Assembly: GCA_951406725.2 (NCBI GenBank)
Contig: OX597814.1
Span: 90,024,001 to 90,088,000 of the forward strand
Length of the DNA: 64,000 nt
Source of the DNA: Octopus vulgaris
Lineage: Eukaryota
Direction: 5' to 3'
Each line of letters starts with the position of its first letter. Positions within the stretch are counted from its first letter, which is position 1. Below are positions 1-16,048 of this stretch, one piece after another. The notes below the pieces were generated by a model. That model was not told the DNA's origin. It saw only the letters and a list, made by a program, of their open reading frames with translations, and ran no database searches. The translations under genes and the position numbers were made by a program.

Positions 1-289
1 GAAAAAATTTAGCTGAACGGGAAGAATACTCGATAAGGATGCCAATCAGCCTACACCACTGACGTGAAAAATCAACAAACTCGACAGATGGTTCTAACGA
101 ACCGATGACAGAGCATAGATGACGTAGCATTTTCTCTGTAAATTACTCATGATTCTGCATACAAGATCACCCACGACTTTCGTAAAGTATCCACGTGGTG
201 AGTACCAAGAGTGTTTACCGAAGTGCATCACTGCAATCGTGTAGAGATTTTCAACGCTTACTCGACCGATGCAATGATGTAGGCCAAGA

Positions 290-290
<1 letters not shown>
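1..290 (+). pseudogene. Degenerate mariner-type transposase fragment (HTH to WVPR region)
   Basis: Manual translation gives IDDVAFSL*ITHDSAYKITHDFRKVSTW*VPRVFTEVHHCNRVEI(fs)[13 protein letters not shown]. This matches the mariner pattern G.RKV.ARWVPR.LT..HK..R..IC..LL. The fragment is interrupted by (TA)n. Confidence 0.65.
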
Positions 291-365
<75 letters not shown>

Positions 366-436
366 TGCATATATATATGAATATATATGCATGTATATGT
401 ATATGTATATATACATGTATATGTATATGTATACAG

Positions 437-471
<35 letters not shown>

Positions 472-478
472 CACACAC
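291..478. repeat. (TA)n/(CA)n compound microsatellite
   Basis: Direct reading. Confidence 0.95.
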
Positions 479-949
479 GCACGAGCGAGTGGACAAACGA
501 AAGAAACCTCGATACTCAACATGTTTATTAGGAGTTATATGTATTAAGAAAGGTTTGATTCAGTTTCGTGCTACTTCAAGTTGTGCAGGTCCTTAACGGA
601 GCCCGTCTTAACATACATGCGCACACCGGCACACAAATCCATAAAATAACCGGCCTTACTGCTGCCATATACAGAGACACTGACGCCGCCAGTTTCTTGT
701 CCAACCACGTAGTAAAAAAAATCCTTTTTGTGATGGAATTAGTGTCGAGGAAAAGTTGAAATTATTCACTACAACACTATGTGACCCCCCTTAACTAATA
801 GCAGCCTATCTTTCGGTAGCCATTTTGGACTTCCATTTGGCATTCCAGAAACCTGAAGAGGTCGGGTTGCCATTAGCGACTTGCAAAACTTAATGTAACA
901 CGGAAACGAATCAAACGGTTTTGAATAATATATAAATACATACATATAT

Positions 950-1108
950 GGGTGTATGTGTGAGTCTTTGTATTTGTGTTCGTCCACCAAGCACTTGACA
1001 ACCGTTGTTGGTACCAGGTTTTAAGATCTACCGGGATCGAATTGTGCGACTAAAAATTCCAGCATGACTGTAGTCCAATGATTGAAACAAGTTAAAGATA
1101 AAAGATTT
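950..1108 (+). mobile_element. 3' fragment of the SINE family seen at 36882-37288
   Basis: Shares the cttgacaacc, cgactaaa, gtccaatgattgaaacaagt and aaagataaaag blocks with 37080-37288. Confidence 0.6.
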
Positions 1109-3603
1109 ATACGTGTGTGCGTGCATGTGTGTGTGTGTGCATGTGCGTGTCTGTGTGTGTGCCATGTGTGTGTGTATGTACATGCGTGTGAGTGTAGATA
1201 CGTTCCCGATTGTGTGTGTGTGCGTGTATGCAGGTATCTATATTATGTATACACGTACACAAAGACATGTGAGATTGTAAGTATGTTTAATAATTGTATG
1301 TATGTTGTAAACAGACTAAAAATGTGTGGCTTCGAGCGAATGCCATATAATTACCTCTAGTTCAATCCAACTCTTGTAGTTAGTGACCATTTGAGTGGTG
1401 TTTTAATCTTGCAACCCAGTGGTTTACAAATTCCAATATAAATTATATAAATAAATCGTGGTGGAGATCTCTAGAACTAATACCTTCAGGACATTCTTCT
1501 ATAGATTTTTGCTTTTTAGTGCCAGTCTGTATTACTGAATCTACAAGTTGCTATAGTTGCCATGTGTTAGAATTTATCTTACATTTCAGTGGGTGTATCG
1601 GAGGTTTTTGCTCAAGACAGTATTTAGCGTGACATGTTAATAAAATAGCTATCAGCTGCACGCAGAGTTTGTCGCCTACAGCGGTAACCTATTGCTCCTC
1701 CTGGTCCATCTGTATATTAAAGAAGATTAGCCTATTGAAATATGTAAGTTACATACTGACAAAGAATACGGGAGATCTACAGAACACAAAACAGATTTAA
1801 TTCGGTTTGCAGATCGATATCACACATTCGTGGTCAGCTGTGGCTGTCACATTAGCACATCGTTGACACATGATATAATGATACTAATTACTGCTTGGTA
1901 ACATACTTTAGAAGTTTGAGATCAATACCTCAGTAAGAGATTTTTTATGACATTTTGACGGAAGATCTCAGTAATATCCGATACGGAAAATGTAGCTTGA
2001 GATGTTAAACTAAATTAAACACATTTTATCAATTATTTGATGAAACACCTTACTACGCAGCTCCCTCTGGAATCTATTTCGTTTCAATAGAATTCCTTAT
2101 AAAATGTTAAAAATGTACAGGAGGCATTGATTAAGTTGTAAATTGATTTTATTTCCATCAATATGTAACCTTTACGCATTGCTGCTGGAAACAGAATGAT
2201 GTTTAGTTACACAAATTCAACACATGGGCCTTGACAAGTCAGACAACTCTCCAGCTATCGGAGTTGGGAATTAACAAGAAAAAGTCAAATATCACTGGAA
2301 TCAATAGTTTCTTAAAATCAAGTCTAAATCGAAAAGGCTCTTGGGAGAAAAAAAGAAAAGAAATGATTTAAAGAAAATAGTAGAAAACATTGCACACTTC
2401 ATATACATGATCATCAAAGTAATACTATTTCTACTTTTCAATTACTTGCTTGGTAGCATTTTTTCAAGAAAACACCGATATTTAGGCGACAGTTTTACGT
2501 GATTTTGCTTAGGAAAATATCATTAATTCAATGGTAATGACAGGAAGGTCTTCGCTTTATTCATTCTTGTATAAAATGCTTTCAATTTGGAATAGTACTA
2601 GCATCAGAGTAATATACATACATTAAACACCGCTGTATCTTTTTATACGATTTCTGTTTATGAAATACGGAATAGAAATTCTGAAACGTAAGCACTGCTT
2701 GTTACAGGAACTTTGATGTTGCTGTTGTGAAGAGGAGCCAAATATGTTGATGGAAAAGACCGAAAACATTTATAAAATACTATTAATTTTCATTTTACTT
2801 GAGAAATTACTTGGTAAATCAAGTGACCTTCTCCAAGATCGAAATTAACACCTTCTATATATTCCTCTGCTTTACTGTCTGCTACCAGTGCGTCAGAGCT
2901 ATAAATTTAGTTTCCATTGTAGATTTCTCTTTATAGATATAAGAACATGCAAGACTGGCTTTTATCAATAATTCTAAAAGTTCTTATCGAACAAAGGTTA
3001 TCAGATTTTGCCAGTTTTGTTATTGAAGTTATAGATTATTCTTCTAACGACACGAGGAAAAGAACGTTTTGAGAAAAAGCAAGGGTGCAGGTGAATACAT
3101 AAATTAGTTTACTTCAAAGAGAAATTGCTAATAAGAAGCCAGAAATAGAGAATATACGAAGGAAAAATATCTCGTCGGACAAAAGGCACACTTTGAAGGA
3201 GACTTTTCACTGCAAGAAACTTTGAAAAAGCAATTGCTTATTCTGTTGATAATATGCCTGTTTTATGACATGTAGAGAGCAGTATTATATTTGAAATATG
3301 TCAGAAGATACATTCGTCTGCATAATTGGGATTAGTTTCTCATTTCTTTTGATATTACTTCTTTCACTGAAGACTGTCTATGGATGCCATGTCTCAGATT
3401 ATAGCATCTATTATTTCATTTCTGTTGTTTAAAATACGGTTAAACATAGTAAAATATAATCAAAAATAAGCTGGATTATATGGAAGAAGAGAAGTCAAGT
3501 ATTAGATTCTTCAGCTGTCTCAAACAAAACACGTTTAGTCTATAAGGATGGAAAGCATAGTACATTTCATATATTTTATGAATATATTAAGCACATCCAT
3601 CTT

Positions 3604-3686
3604 CCATACATACATTCATACATACATACATACATACATACATACATACATACATACATACATACATACATACATACATACATACA
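3604..3686. repeat. (CATA)n microsatellite
   Basis: Direct reading. Confidence 0.95.
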
Positions 3687-4299
3687 TACTATTATACATA
3701 CGTACGTACGTACTCACATGCACAAGCACAGTCATATCTACACACATAACGCGAGCGCGAATATATGTAAGCTTTGAATATTTATATTCTAATGTTGATA
3801 TCAAGAGACATTGTTCTCTCTCAGCTGGATCATTTATAAAAACTATGAAAACCACACATTTTATTTTGTGAATAGATCTAAAGGTTTTCACAAACGCGTA
3901 CAAAATTGTATTGTATTGTCATCAATGTTTTTATAATGATTATTATTTTTATCCTTTTCATCGTTGTTACTTTTGTATTCATTGTCCTGTTTACTCTCTG
4001 TAGAAGCAACACAAAATACATATTTTCCACATCATGCAAAGAGGCGGAGCATAACCTTTATCTAATGAAGTGTCACTCCGTTATATGCAAACAAGCGTAT
4101 TTCGTAACTTTTCACACGGAAGACTTAACGAGGAATGTTGTGAGAAAAATTGTGGTATGGAAACCATTGTAACAACTAATAAATTGTTGTATTGGTTCTT
4201 CCTCTTTTAGGTTTATACATATATAAACAGATGTAGGCGTTTGTTTACATGGATTTATGTGCAGTACACATACACATATACATACATATATATATATAT

Positions 4300-4507
4300 G
4301 TGACCGCGTGTGTACCGTTGGCGATTTTTTCCCCTCTGTCTTCCTTTCTCTGGACCTTTCCTTCTCCTATGTTTCCGACGAAGAGCTCCGCTCGAAACCT
4401 TAAATCCTCCTTCATTCCTTCATTCCTTCTTTCTTGAGCGTCCAAGAATACTATATTTGTTCCACGTTCTCGCGTTGTTGTGCTTTTTTGTGCTTACTTG
4501 TTTGGAT

Positions 4508-4510
<3 letters not shown>
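4300..4510 (+). mobile_element. Penelope-like terminal-repeat (pLTR) fragment with hammerhead-like core
   Basis: Homologous to the reverse complement of 32705-32900 and 40686-40870. Contains TATGTTTCCGACGAAGAGCTCCGCTCGAAA and is flanked by (TA)n on both sides. Confidence 0.65.
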
Positions 4511-4544
<34 letters not shown>

Positions 4545-4806
4545 GTATAGGTGTGTGTGTTGAATTATATGAGGCAACAATTGTCCTAGAAATTTCACAC
4601 TGCCTTGACTTTGTCGTCATCTTATTCAACATATACACCCCCGATACACGACCTGACTTAGAGTCCTCACTCATATTATTACCGAACCGGAAGTCTAAAA
4701 GCAGTCCTTACGTAGCACTTACATAGCTTTACCTGCCTTTTGGGTCCTCTGGATACTAAAACTTCTCATATATAAATATGTATATATATATATATGTATA
4801 TATGTA

Positions 4807-4877
<71 letters not shown>

Positions 4878-5823
4878 GTATTTATATATACAGAGAGAGA
4901 GGGAGAAAAGGGAGAGAAAGAGAGTGAGAGACCGAGTAGTATAAAGGTTTAATAAACATATATACTACTAAAACTTATTGAGTAATTCTTCAGATCAATG
5001 CTAAACTGTTTTTATGTATAGTTTAACGCACACACACACACGCACACACACACATACACACACATATATTCTTGCACGCATATGTGATAAACGCAGGAAA
5101 TAAGATATTAGCTGCATTTATAAATAATCCCTTTGTTTCAGAATTGAAGATATTGTTGGTTACCCTTGGCTCGCTGGTTTGATATGCCCCGCTCATGTTT
5201 CCCTGCTGTTAATTATTTTCCATAGAATGCGTTATATTTCTAATCGAATTCCAATGTTTTGCGCTGTTTCCTTTTGTAGTATTTTAAACTCTGCTTCAAT
5301 ATACATTAAGCTGTTGCTTTTGTGGCATTTTGTTATTCTTAGTTTTTGATTTAATTACAGTCACAGAACATCGAGATTCAGCAGGAGTTTTTTCGAGTTC
5401 AATTAAAATCTGATACAATCATTCTTTTTTTTAAATAGCGTTAGGTAAAACTTACTCAAATATTAACTATTTGTTGCCGGCCTCTATTTGCACTACGCTT
5501 CACATGTTACTTTTACACACAACAGTTGGATATTAGCTTTCAGACTGTTTGATATATGGACTGTAAGCGTTATCTTGGTTTCGTAGTCAATTATAACTAT
5601 TGTGACTATAATTATTATTTTTATTGATTGATTTTGTCTGCATAACCAAGCGAAGCCTTGTAGTTCTTGTAAATGTAAAACTTTTTGCTTTATTCCAATG
5701 TTTTATGGTTATAACTGAAAGCACACGAATAATGACAGTGATGATGGTGATGATGATAATGATGCTGATGTTGATGATGGTGACTACAACAACAAGAACA
5801 ACAAAAATAATGATTGCAATAAT

Positions 5824-6039
5824 AATGGCTTCCTTTTTTGTCACAAGGGCAGTAATTTTGGGGGAGGGGATGTCGATGACATCGATCTCAGTACTCAACT
5901 GGTACTTAATTTATCGACCCCGAAAGGATGAAATGTAAAGTTAACATCGGCGGAATTTGAACTCAGAATGAAGCGACAGGCGAAATACTGCTAATCATTT
6001 CCCCCGGCATGCTAGCGATTCTGCCAGCTCGCCATCTTA

Positions 6040-6040
<1 letters not shown>
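5824..6040 (-). mobile_element. tRNA-derived SINE (most abundant family in the window)
   Basis: Minus-strand head GGCGAGCTGGCAGAATCG, B-box-like GAGTTCAAATTCC and core TTTCATCCTTTCGGGGTCGATAAATTAAGTACCAGT. At least 8 related copies in the window. Confidence 0.8.
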
Positions 6041-6118
<78 letters not shown>

Positions 6119-6504
6119 TAATAAATTCGGAGCAGTGTCTTATCGCCCCGAAATCTATTAAAAACATCGGGAATAAAGACAACAAATGAAGACTAAAATA
6201 ACTGACAGTGTTGGACTATATCCGAGTAATACTCATTAAAATTTATTCCTATTTTCTGAATGAAACGATGTATTTTAACTATGTGTCACCTCTGTCACTC
6301 GCAAAACACATGTAAACACACTCACCACCTTAATGAAGAGCTGGACTACACGCGAGTAAGTAATACTTATTAAAAATGTTGGACTATATCAGAGTAAGTA
6401 CGTATTTGACTATATCCGATTAAGTACACATCACAAAAACGTAAGTACGTAAACTAATTAATTACGTATACACCCTAGTTTTACATGAACACATTGGAGT
6501 GACA

Positions 6505-8787
6505 ATGAAAAAAACAAAATATTGTGAATAACGGTGGTAATGAAACTGAAGCCCTTGGTAGTGACAGTGTTGTACCAGGTAGGCTCAGAGATATTGGTTT
6601 GACTCCAGCCTGTCGTTATCTAGTATTGGACCAGCACACACGGTGTAGATGGAACACACAAGTCAATTCTGTGGTCATGTTGTGTTACTATTTGACGAAA
6701 CCTGTAGACGAAAATTATGCTCATATTAGGGTATACAGACAATGTATGTATGATCAATGGAGAGAAAGAGGACTATTTCAATTCACGGAACAGAAATTAT
6801 GAGATCAAGTTTGGGCACTAAGAAAAAAATCGGTGGTTCACAGAATAAGGGCTCGAAGCTATCAAAAGACGAGTATTGGAAAACTGCAGCAGAGGAAACG
6901 ATGTAAATACAGTTCTTACACATAAAAGTAATCTCATAGCAGAAAACAGAGGTGAGATCTCTAATAAACCACAGAAAAGGAACAGGGATAGCTTGCACTA
7001 TGAGAGACATGTATATGATCTGGAAGAAGACAATAAAACTAATGGTGACATGACAGTTTGGCAAAGGCAATCTACGACAGAATACAGGAAAGGCTAAAGG
7101 AGAACGATAACGACATTACTTGCAATCTTAAAAAGGTTGATTGATCTGTGGAAATTGAAACAAGAAACGAAAAATGTGAATGAAATTCTGAAAATGTGCG
7201 TGTTGATGTCAAGATAAAGAAATATAATGGGCGTGACAAAAGAAAAGATCCATGGTAGAAAAGAAGAATGCAGTCGTGGTTAGATATGCACTCGAAGGAC
7301 ATTTCTGTGTCAGACAGAAAAGAGAAGGGGGAGCTTAAAATCGAACAAAAATACAGGGCACTGAACGGGAAGTGTGATGTTGAAAGAAAGGGCCTGAAAG
7401 TGGTAATGGCGGAACTGTAACAGCACCTCGTTTTAAAGAAAGCAAAGATTGTAAGATACAATCAAAGAATGAAGGGATGCCAGCAGAATAGGTTATTCAG
7501 AGTAGATGAGAAGAGATTCTACAAAGAAATAAATGGAGGGTATACAGATGAAAAGTTGATACCAGATAACATTGAAAGTCAAAGCTTCTGAAGTGACATC
7601 TGGAGCAAAGACGAGCACAAGAAGGATGATGAATGGTTAATTGCAAAAGCTGAAATAAACACTAATGTGTCAACAACAGGCAGAGCTAGTCATTTCAGCT
7701 ACGGAAGTGAAGGGAATGAGCCCCCCACCAAAAGAAAAAACAAAAGAAAAAATTGGCAACTGGAAGGCCCCGGACCAGATGGGGTTCTAGGCTACTGAAT
7801 CAAAAGATTTGCTGAATGTCATGCACGAATAGCAACACCTTGCAAAATGCCGACCAAGTAACACGAGAGTGGTTGACAATGGGTAAGACAGTGCTGTGAT
7901 TAAAAACATCGAAAAAGGCAATACGGTAGACAATTACAGGCCGATATCGTGCTTGCCACTTATGTGGAAATTATTAACTGGAATAGTCGAAGAGTCAATG
8001 TACAGACATCTGGAAAAAAATGGAGTCATGCCACATGAGCAGAAGCGGTGCAAACGTAAGTGCAGAGGTATCAAGGATGAACTCCTGCTAGACAAAACTG
8101 TTGACAAGAGGAGGAAAACTAACTTAGCTTTGTCATGAATAGATTACCGTAAGGCATACAATATGATCACACATTCTTGGATTATGGAATGTATGAACCT
8201 ACTTGGTATTGCATCGAATGTTGAGCGATTGCTTGGTAAAAGTATGGCGAAGTGGACAACGAAATTGACAGCATATAGAAGAAGTTTAGGAATAATAGAA
8301 ATCAGGAGAGGCATCTTCCAAGTGGACTGCCTGTCCCCACTGATCTTTGTACTGTACAAAATACCACTAACACTGATTTTGAGAAAAGTAAAGGCTGGGT
8401 ATGTATTCAAGAGCAGTCAACAAAAAGTGAACCACTTGTTATTCATGGATGACCTCAAACGTTATGGTAAAAATGAATTCCAAGTCAGTTCTCTCGTTGA
8501 TACGGTGTATACTTTCAGTGCTGATATCAGAATGGAGTTCGGACTGAAAAAGTGTGGTGTGTTAGTCTTGAAGAGAGGCAAAATTAAAAGTATGGACGGG
8601 CTAGCAAAACTGTCGGTGGGAGTTATGAAGCAGATAGAAGAGACGGACTACAAGTACATGGGGATTTTAGGAATGGATAAATTGATGGAGAAAGAAATGA
8701 CAGAAAAATTTGAGTACATGCGCAGACTAAGACTGATTCTTAAGTCGAAATTAAACGGACGGAATAAGATTGAAGCTATCAACATGG
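6505..8787 (+). mobile_element. R4/Dong-type non-LTR retrotransposon A, 5' and RT part, heavily mutated
   Basis: N-terminal RWNTQVNSVVMLCYY...WRERGLFQFTEQKL domain, then WKAPGPD-like, [47 protein letters not shown] and MEFGLKKC. Many stops and frameshifts. Confidence 0.9.
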
Positions 8788-10352
8788 AGAGTACATGGTG
8801 TATCTGTGTCGCCCGTCTGCAGGGATGGTCGGGCGAGGTTTGCTTCCACTGCTACAGCTGTTGGTACCATTATGGGGGTGGGATTCTTCTGTTGAAAATG
8901 TCTTAATGGCCGTTGCTGCATTGATTGTTGTTGCAGTTTTTGGCCTTCTTGTGGTACTTCTTGTGGTAGCAGAGCCACTATGTGGGCGGAGGTCGTTCAA
9001 ATGTATGTTATACCCACAAGTGTGGCACCTTAGCTTACTACCTTCCATCACGACTTGGAGTTGTGCTCCGCTGGGCAGCTGCACAAGGTAGGGGACCTTG
9101 TCCAAGGATTCCGGTTTTACGTAGATCAAAATCTCAAACTCGATTCCGGACCAGTTCTCCTTCCGATATTTTTCAATTTCTAGAAGCGATTCTGGGCCTT
9201 CAACCATAGCACACGCAACCAACCACCAAATGTCTAATTTTGGTGGCACATCTCATATTTTAACTTCCGCCACATTCTGTCTAAGGTAGGAAAGAGAAGA
9301 AGATCCTCGTGTTTGCACTGGACCATTGAGTGTTTCTGTTTCAGTGGCTCTGTGAAGAACCTCAATTCCACAGAACCATATTATCTTCCACGTGTGAGGA
9401 AATCAATATCAATCAAAACACCCTTCAAGCATTTTCCTACTTGAAATTTTTTTCTCGTCTTTAGCGACACACATTTGTGTACGATGGTCCTTCTAGCCGT
9501 CTTCTTCATCAAATCTGAAGGGATAGCAAGCTTGGTTTGCCTAACCCCTCTATGGAGGAACTCAGGTACGTATGCTTTCCTTCCAAGGAGATTTGCTCCT
9601 GCAATTTTGTTACTCCTGCATAGGAGTTGTTTTTATTGTTGATGTTATTGTTGGTGTTGATTATATCGTTTTTGCTGCTGTTGTTGTTTCTGTCGTAGTG
9701 GGTGTTACTCGGAGCCAAAGCGACGCTATTGTTTGTGGTGATGTTCATATCGTTGACTGAAGTATCCCAGCTACTTGCTAACGGGGGCAATCATTTATAT
9801 TGTAGCTGTACTTCTTATTTTTCTCTCCCATCAAAGCTTTACAGTCATTGCTGCTGCTGTTACTGCTTGCGATGCTGTTGTTCTTCGTAGTGGTTGTGGC
9901 CGGGGTAATGGTGGCGGAGTTGTGGTTTGTGATCGGGATGGTCATCTTGTTTTGTCTGCTTGCTTGTCTATTAGTCACGCCAACAGGCGAAGAACTGTCA
10001 TTCTCTCTCATTTTTGTGGCAATACACTCTTATGTCTCGCCGCCTCCCTCATCTACGACTGAAACTCCCCAGAACTATTCGTGGCTGCTATTTAGCAAAT
10101 TTCTAAATTTTTCCACGTGGAATATAAAATATATAAATTTGACAAGTTCTCCAGGAAATAGTGGGACTTTTAACACAAAAGGAGCTCACCAGCAGAAGAA
10201 AGATCCCTTATTCTCCACTCTGGTTGAAAATGACAGGAAAAGACCGCTGTTTTCCGGAGAAAACTGACGATTTTCGAAAACGAAAAATACAATGTCGAGT
10301 TCAAGTGTGGTTTCTTCGGTTGACGGCCTGGGAGTATCAGCACTCAACTACA
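8788..10352 (-). mobile_element. Insertion into element A; ORF1/gag-like 5' portion of another LINE
   Basis: ORF 8779-9249 has QVVMEGSKLRCHTCGYNIHLNDLRP, a degenerate CCHC knuckle in an ORF1-like context. The insert interrupts A at NKIEAIN and is bounded by AACATGG at 8781-8787 and 10353-10359. Confidence 0.5.
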
Positions 10353-10544
10353 AACATGGCTGAAAAGGATCGGCAGGTATGAAGGTAGGACACTTGCAAA
10401 AGTCAACATTGCTTGGAACTGCAAGAATTCTTTGCAGAGTTCTTGAAACATGATCAGTAAACAAGTGTCACCTTAGTCTGCTGGCTGTGGAAAGCTGACA
10501 CTTTTCATCATACCCGACACAATAAGCTGTGAGTTTTCATATAA

Positions 10545-10545
<1 letters not shown>
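10353..10545 (+). mobile_element. 3' end of R4/Dong element A (RLE C-terminus plus 3' UTR)
   Basis: Translates ...KVGHLQKSTLLGTARILCRVLET*, matching the C-termini of elements B (QKIVLMGTAHILRKILSM) and C. Confidence 0.85.
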
Positions 10546-13525
<2,980 letters not shown>

Positions 13526-13594
<69 letters not shown>

Positions 13595-13648
13595 TTAATA
13601 ATAAACATAACAATAATAATGATAATAATAATAATGATGATGATGATG

Positions 13649-13702
<54 letters not shown>
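13526..13702. repeat. (TAA)n tail/target of element B
   Basis: Direct reading. Confidence 0.95.
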
Positions 13703-13704
<2 letters not shown>

Positions 13705-13827
13705 GATTGCATTTATTTCCCACAAGGGCGAAGGATGAGGGGGTAGAATACAAAGACATATAAAATGTGGTGGCTTAAATATAATAAAATAATAAAAATT
13801 AAATGTTATAAAATAATAAAATAATAA

Positions 13828-13939
13828 AATCTCCACAGGTTTCTTGAGGCATGATCAGCAAATATGTGAATTAAATCTGCTGGTTATTGACAGATAACTC
13901 TTTCCATCATACGCAACGAAATGGGCTGATAGGTTTCAT

Positions 13940-14005
<66 letters not shown>

Positions 14006-14050
14006 TTACTACTGCTACTACCGCTGCTGCTGCCGCCGCTTATACTACTA
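13828..14050 (+). mobile_element. Short 3'-end copy of the A-type R4/Dong family with (TAC)n tail
   Basis: Reads ILHRFLEA* followed by a 3' UTR homologous to 10450-10540, then (CTA)n at 13940-14050. Confidence 0.75.
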
Positions 14051-14051
14051 C

Positions 14052-14268
14052 TGGTTTCACATTATGCCATAGGGCCAGCAATTTCAGGGGCAGGAGTAAG
14101 TCGGTTACTTTGACCCCAGAGTTCAAATGTCACTTACTTTATCGACCCCCAAAGGATGAAATGCAAAGTCAACGTGGATGAAATTTGAACCCAGAACTTA
14201 AAAAACAGACGAAATACCACCAATTATTTTGCCCAGCATGCTAACAATTCTATTAGCTCGCCGCCTTA
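14052..14268 (-). mobile_element. tRNA-derived SINE (same family as 5824-6040)
   Basis: Same head and core blocks. Confidence 0.8.
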
Positions 14269-14554
14269 GTAGTAATTGTAATAGTGATAGCGTTTTTTTT
14301 TTATATATAAGTGATAGCAACGATTGTGTTATATAACTAAAAGGCCGGGAATTTTAGAATAAGGAAAACGTGAATTATGCCTGTTTGTTTCGTTATTTCA
14401 TTTGTATTTATTTTATCTAGTACAGAGTATTGAAAGGCAAACATCGCTAATTGAGAGATGCTAATTATATTACGTCATCCGAATGAGCCACGGAAACGTC
14501 ACTCACACATTGAGTGCGATTCACTTATCTTACACACCCACGCACACACACATA

Positions 14555-14828
14555 CGAGGTCTGATCAATAAGTATCCGGATTGGTGCTATAAAAGCAAAG
14601 CTACAACGCGTAGCAATTTGGCATTTAATCTCCTTCAGAGTAGTCCCCTTGGGAAGCCACACTCTTAATCCGGTGCTGTTTCCATTGATGGAGGCATTCA
14701 TGGAACTTGTTTTCCGGGATAATCAATAGCTGCCTCGTTACATTCTTCCTTTCAAGCGGGATTTGATTTTTAGAAAGGGGAAAAAGTCGCAAAGGGCAAG
14801 ATCTGGGGAATGTGGTGGCAGCAGTAGC

Positions 14829-14879
<51 letters not shown>

Positions 14880-16048
14880 TGCAGCAGCAGCAGCAGCTGT
14901 AGTGGTAGTAGTAATAGTAGTGGTAGTAGTTGCAGCAGCATCAGCGGCGGCAGCAGCAGCAGTAGCAGCAGCAGCAGTAATAGTAGTAGTAGTAGTAGTA
15001 GATGAAACCTCTCAGCCTATTTTGTTGGGTATGATGGAAAGTGTTAGCTGTCCACACCTAGCAGATTAAGGTGACATATTTGCAGATTAAAAACTGATGC
15101 ACAAGCTGCACTGAATGGGTAGGTGAGTTGTCATGGTGCAACTGACACTCACCAGACGCATGCAATTGTGGCCTTTTTCGACGAATACCTCCCTCAAATG
15201 TCGCAAAGTCGTCACGGTAGTACTCCTTGTTTACTGTCGGGCCAGGTGGAGCGTACTCATGATGAACAATTCTCTTGTAGTCGAAGAAAACCATCAACAG
15301 TGTATTCACATTCCTTTGATTCATTCGAGCTTTCTTTGGTCTCGGAGAGGTTGGGGTCTTCCACTGCGAAGACTGAGCCCTTGTTTCGGGGTCATAGCCA
15401 TAGACCCACTTTTATGACTGTTTTCATCGTTCTCCATACAATTGAGGAGATCTGGTGCAACTGAAACCTGAGTGTCTTGGTCAGCTGAAAGTAGTTTCGG
15501 CATAAACTTGGCTGACCTGCATTCTTATACCTAAATATTCACTGATAATGGACTGAACTGAAACCGTAACTAATCTGCACATCCACCGACAATACACGGA
15601 TGATGATTCGACGATTTCGCGCCACATCTGCGATGTTTTTTTTCAGTTCTACTGGTAGCGGGTCTCTCAGAACATTCGTTCCTATCAACATGTTTTCGTC
15701 CAACTTGGAAACGTCTGAACCACTTGTACACTCGTGTGCAGCTCATACACTACTCTCCATACACTTTCTGCAACTTTGTGTAAGCCTCTCAGCAGGTATT
15801 ACCAAGCTTATTGCAAAATTTGCTGCAGATTCTCTACTCAACTTTTTCTGTCATGGTCAGTGCGACGCTCACACGCTACACACGTTCCTTCCAAGTACTG
15901 CTGTAAACAGCAAAAGTGAGCTAGAATGTTAAAACTTAGGGTGCATGCACGAAATGTTTCAAGGTCAATGCGTGCCAAGTGACTTTACTCTGCGTGCTTT
16001 AGCTTCGTTACTATGGCAACAGACTGGATACACATTGATCAGATCACG
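14555..16048 (-). mobile_element. Mariner DNA transposon, defective, with TIRs and TA target duplication
   Basis: TA|CGAGGTCTGATCAATAAGTATCCGGA at 14553 and imperfect inverse ...GGATACACATTGATCAGATCACG|TA ending 16050. Transposase motifs PKLLSADQ, FFDYKRIVHHEY..GPTVNKEYY, LHHDNSPTH and PPHSPDLALCDFF. Confidence 0.92.
14819..15088 (-). mobile_element. A-type R4/Dong 3' UTR plus (CTA/CTG)n tail inserted inside the mariner ORF
   Basis: Reverse complement of 15001-15088 (gcaaatatgtcaccttaatctgctaggtgtggacagctaacactttccatcatacccaac...aggtttcatc) matches 10455-10540 and 13855-13940. Confidence 0.8.

Noticed and set aside
1780-3400. Possible ancient hAT transposase traces (IRGQ, THCC, ILLEKLLG)
   Set aside because: Too short and too interrupted to support without a translated search.
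10260-10302. CTGACGA...GAAA hammerhead-like core
   Set aside because: No G10.1-C11.1 pair and no stem I or III. The cores at 852, 49328, 50828, 60143 and 61534 also lack stems.
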